From Daphnia carinata (Eukaryota): DNA of 64,000 bases. A model generated the notes under the pieces. The model searched no databases, had not been told where the DNA came from, and worked only from the letters and a program-made list of their open reading frames with translations. The stretch lies in NCBI RefSeq assembly GCF_022539665.2, contig NC_081333.1:1860001-1924000 (forward strand), written 5' to 3'. Positions 62,740-64,000 of the stretch are shown here, one piece after another; the stretch's first letter is position 1, and each line of letters opens with the position of its first letter. A program made the translations under genes and the position numbers.

Positions 62740-64000
62740 ATGGATGAAACTAGCATAGTTGGCGATGTAGAAGAGGAAAGCACATTCAATATTCTAATTG
62801 CCACTGACATTCATCTTGGGTTTATGGAAAAGCACCCGACACGCGGTAATTTACTTAAAAATAGTTATGGAAATCTCTGTTTGCTAAGACTAATATCAAT
62901 GTAGGAGATGATAGCTTTATAACCTTTGAAGAAATATTGAACTATGGAAAAACTATGAAGGCCGATTTTGTACTTCTTGGTGGAGATCTTTTTCACGAAA
63001 ATAAACCTTCAAGAAGAACATTGCAAAGATGCATGGATCTCCTGCGAAAATATTGTTTGGGTCCAGAGGAACATACATTGCAGTTTTTAAGCGACCCAGA
63101 TATCAACTTTAAAGACTGTTCAACTCCTGGAGTTAACTTCGAAGACCCCAATTTAAGAATAGCCTTGCCAGTATTTTCTATCCATGGAAACCACGACGAT
63201 CCCTGTGGTAAATATCCCCAACTATAGCTGCTATACACTACAGCCATGAAAAAAAAAAATTTTTCTTCCTGTTTTTTAGGGGAAGGTAATTACAGTGTGA
63301 TGGATATGCTTGCAGCAACTGGATTTGTAAATTATTTTGGGAAAGTACCAAATCTGGAAGAGTTAAAGTTTCAACCAATTTTGCTCAAAAAGAGTGATAC
63401 ATTGGTTTCAATTTATGGTATTGGTTCCATGAATGACGATCGCCTCTTCAGACTTTTTCAAGAAGAAAAGGTAAGAAATAAAATTACTTAAAAAAGTGGA
63501 TATAATGTATTCACATATATCTTTCTAATATTTATACATATATTGACCACCTGACCATATATTTCTAATAATTATCCAGGTTTTCTTTGAAGTTCCCGCT
63601 GAACTTGAGGATGAATGGTTTAATATACTGGTCTTGCATCAAAACCGTGCCCGTCATGGTTGTAAAAGCTATGCTGGTGAGCACTTTTTGCCTCACTTCA
63701 TGCACTTGGTTCTCTGGGGCCACGAACACGAATGCCGAATTGATCCTGAAGACTCTTTGGATGAATTTAGGATCACACAGCCTGGTAGCAGTGTGGCAAC
63801 TTCTTTGTCACCTGGCGAAGCGGTCCCGAAGCATGTTGGTATGTTGAAAGTCCACAAAAAAGATTTCTGTATCGAAAAATTACCTTTAAGGACCACACGG
63901 CCTTTCGTATTTGACACGTTGTCATTGGACGAATTTAGTGACATTGGCTACCAATTCGCCAATGATGAAGTGGTAGAAAAAATTCGTGGCAAAATTAACG
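62740..64000 (+). CDS. MRE11: Double-strand break repair nuclease MRE11 (5' part; runs off the window)
   Basis: Phosphoesterase motifs [57 protein letters not shown]. Confidence 0.96.

Overview
Gene-dense eukaryotic DNA, AT-rich, with many short (~55-120 nt) GT-AG introns. Gene content and intron style suggest a branchiopod crustacean, probably Daphnia (inference). The ORF track is fragmented by introns, so I rebuilt the gene models by hand. In order: SDF2 (+); BMP9/10-like ligand (-); intron-containing tRNA-Leu(CAA); FASTK/RAP protein (-); an ~11 kb repeat and decayed-sequence island (23-bp minisatellite, TTAA/CCC piggyBac-type MITE with a highly structured interior, nested foldback repeats carrying a CTCF-like motif); a large secreted Closca/Polehole-like protein (+); a cluster of glycine-N-acyltransferase-like GNATs (4 apparently intact, 2 broken) interrupted by a cuticular protein gene; intron-containing tRNA-Thr(TGT); a RhoL-like GTPase with degenerate G1/G3 motifs that the ORF track does not reveal (-); two tandem ABCC5-like transporters; a GT7 glycosyltransferase pseudogene fragment; an NPC2/ML protein; TMEM183; intron-containing tRNA-Leu(TAA); and the 5' part of MRE11. 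The most interesting items are the intact RhoL-like candidate pseudo-GTPase, the structured TTAA element, the motif-bearing foldback repeats, and introns in tRNA isotypes that usually lack them in animals. All homology calls are from remembered motifs, not database searches.
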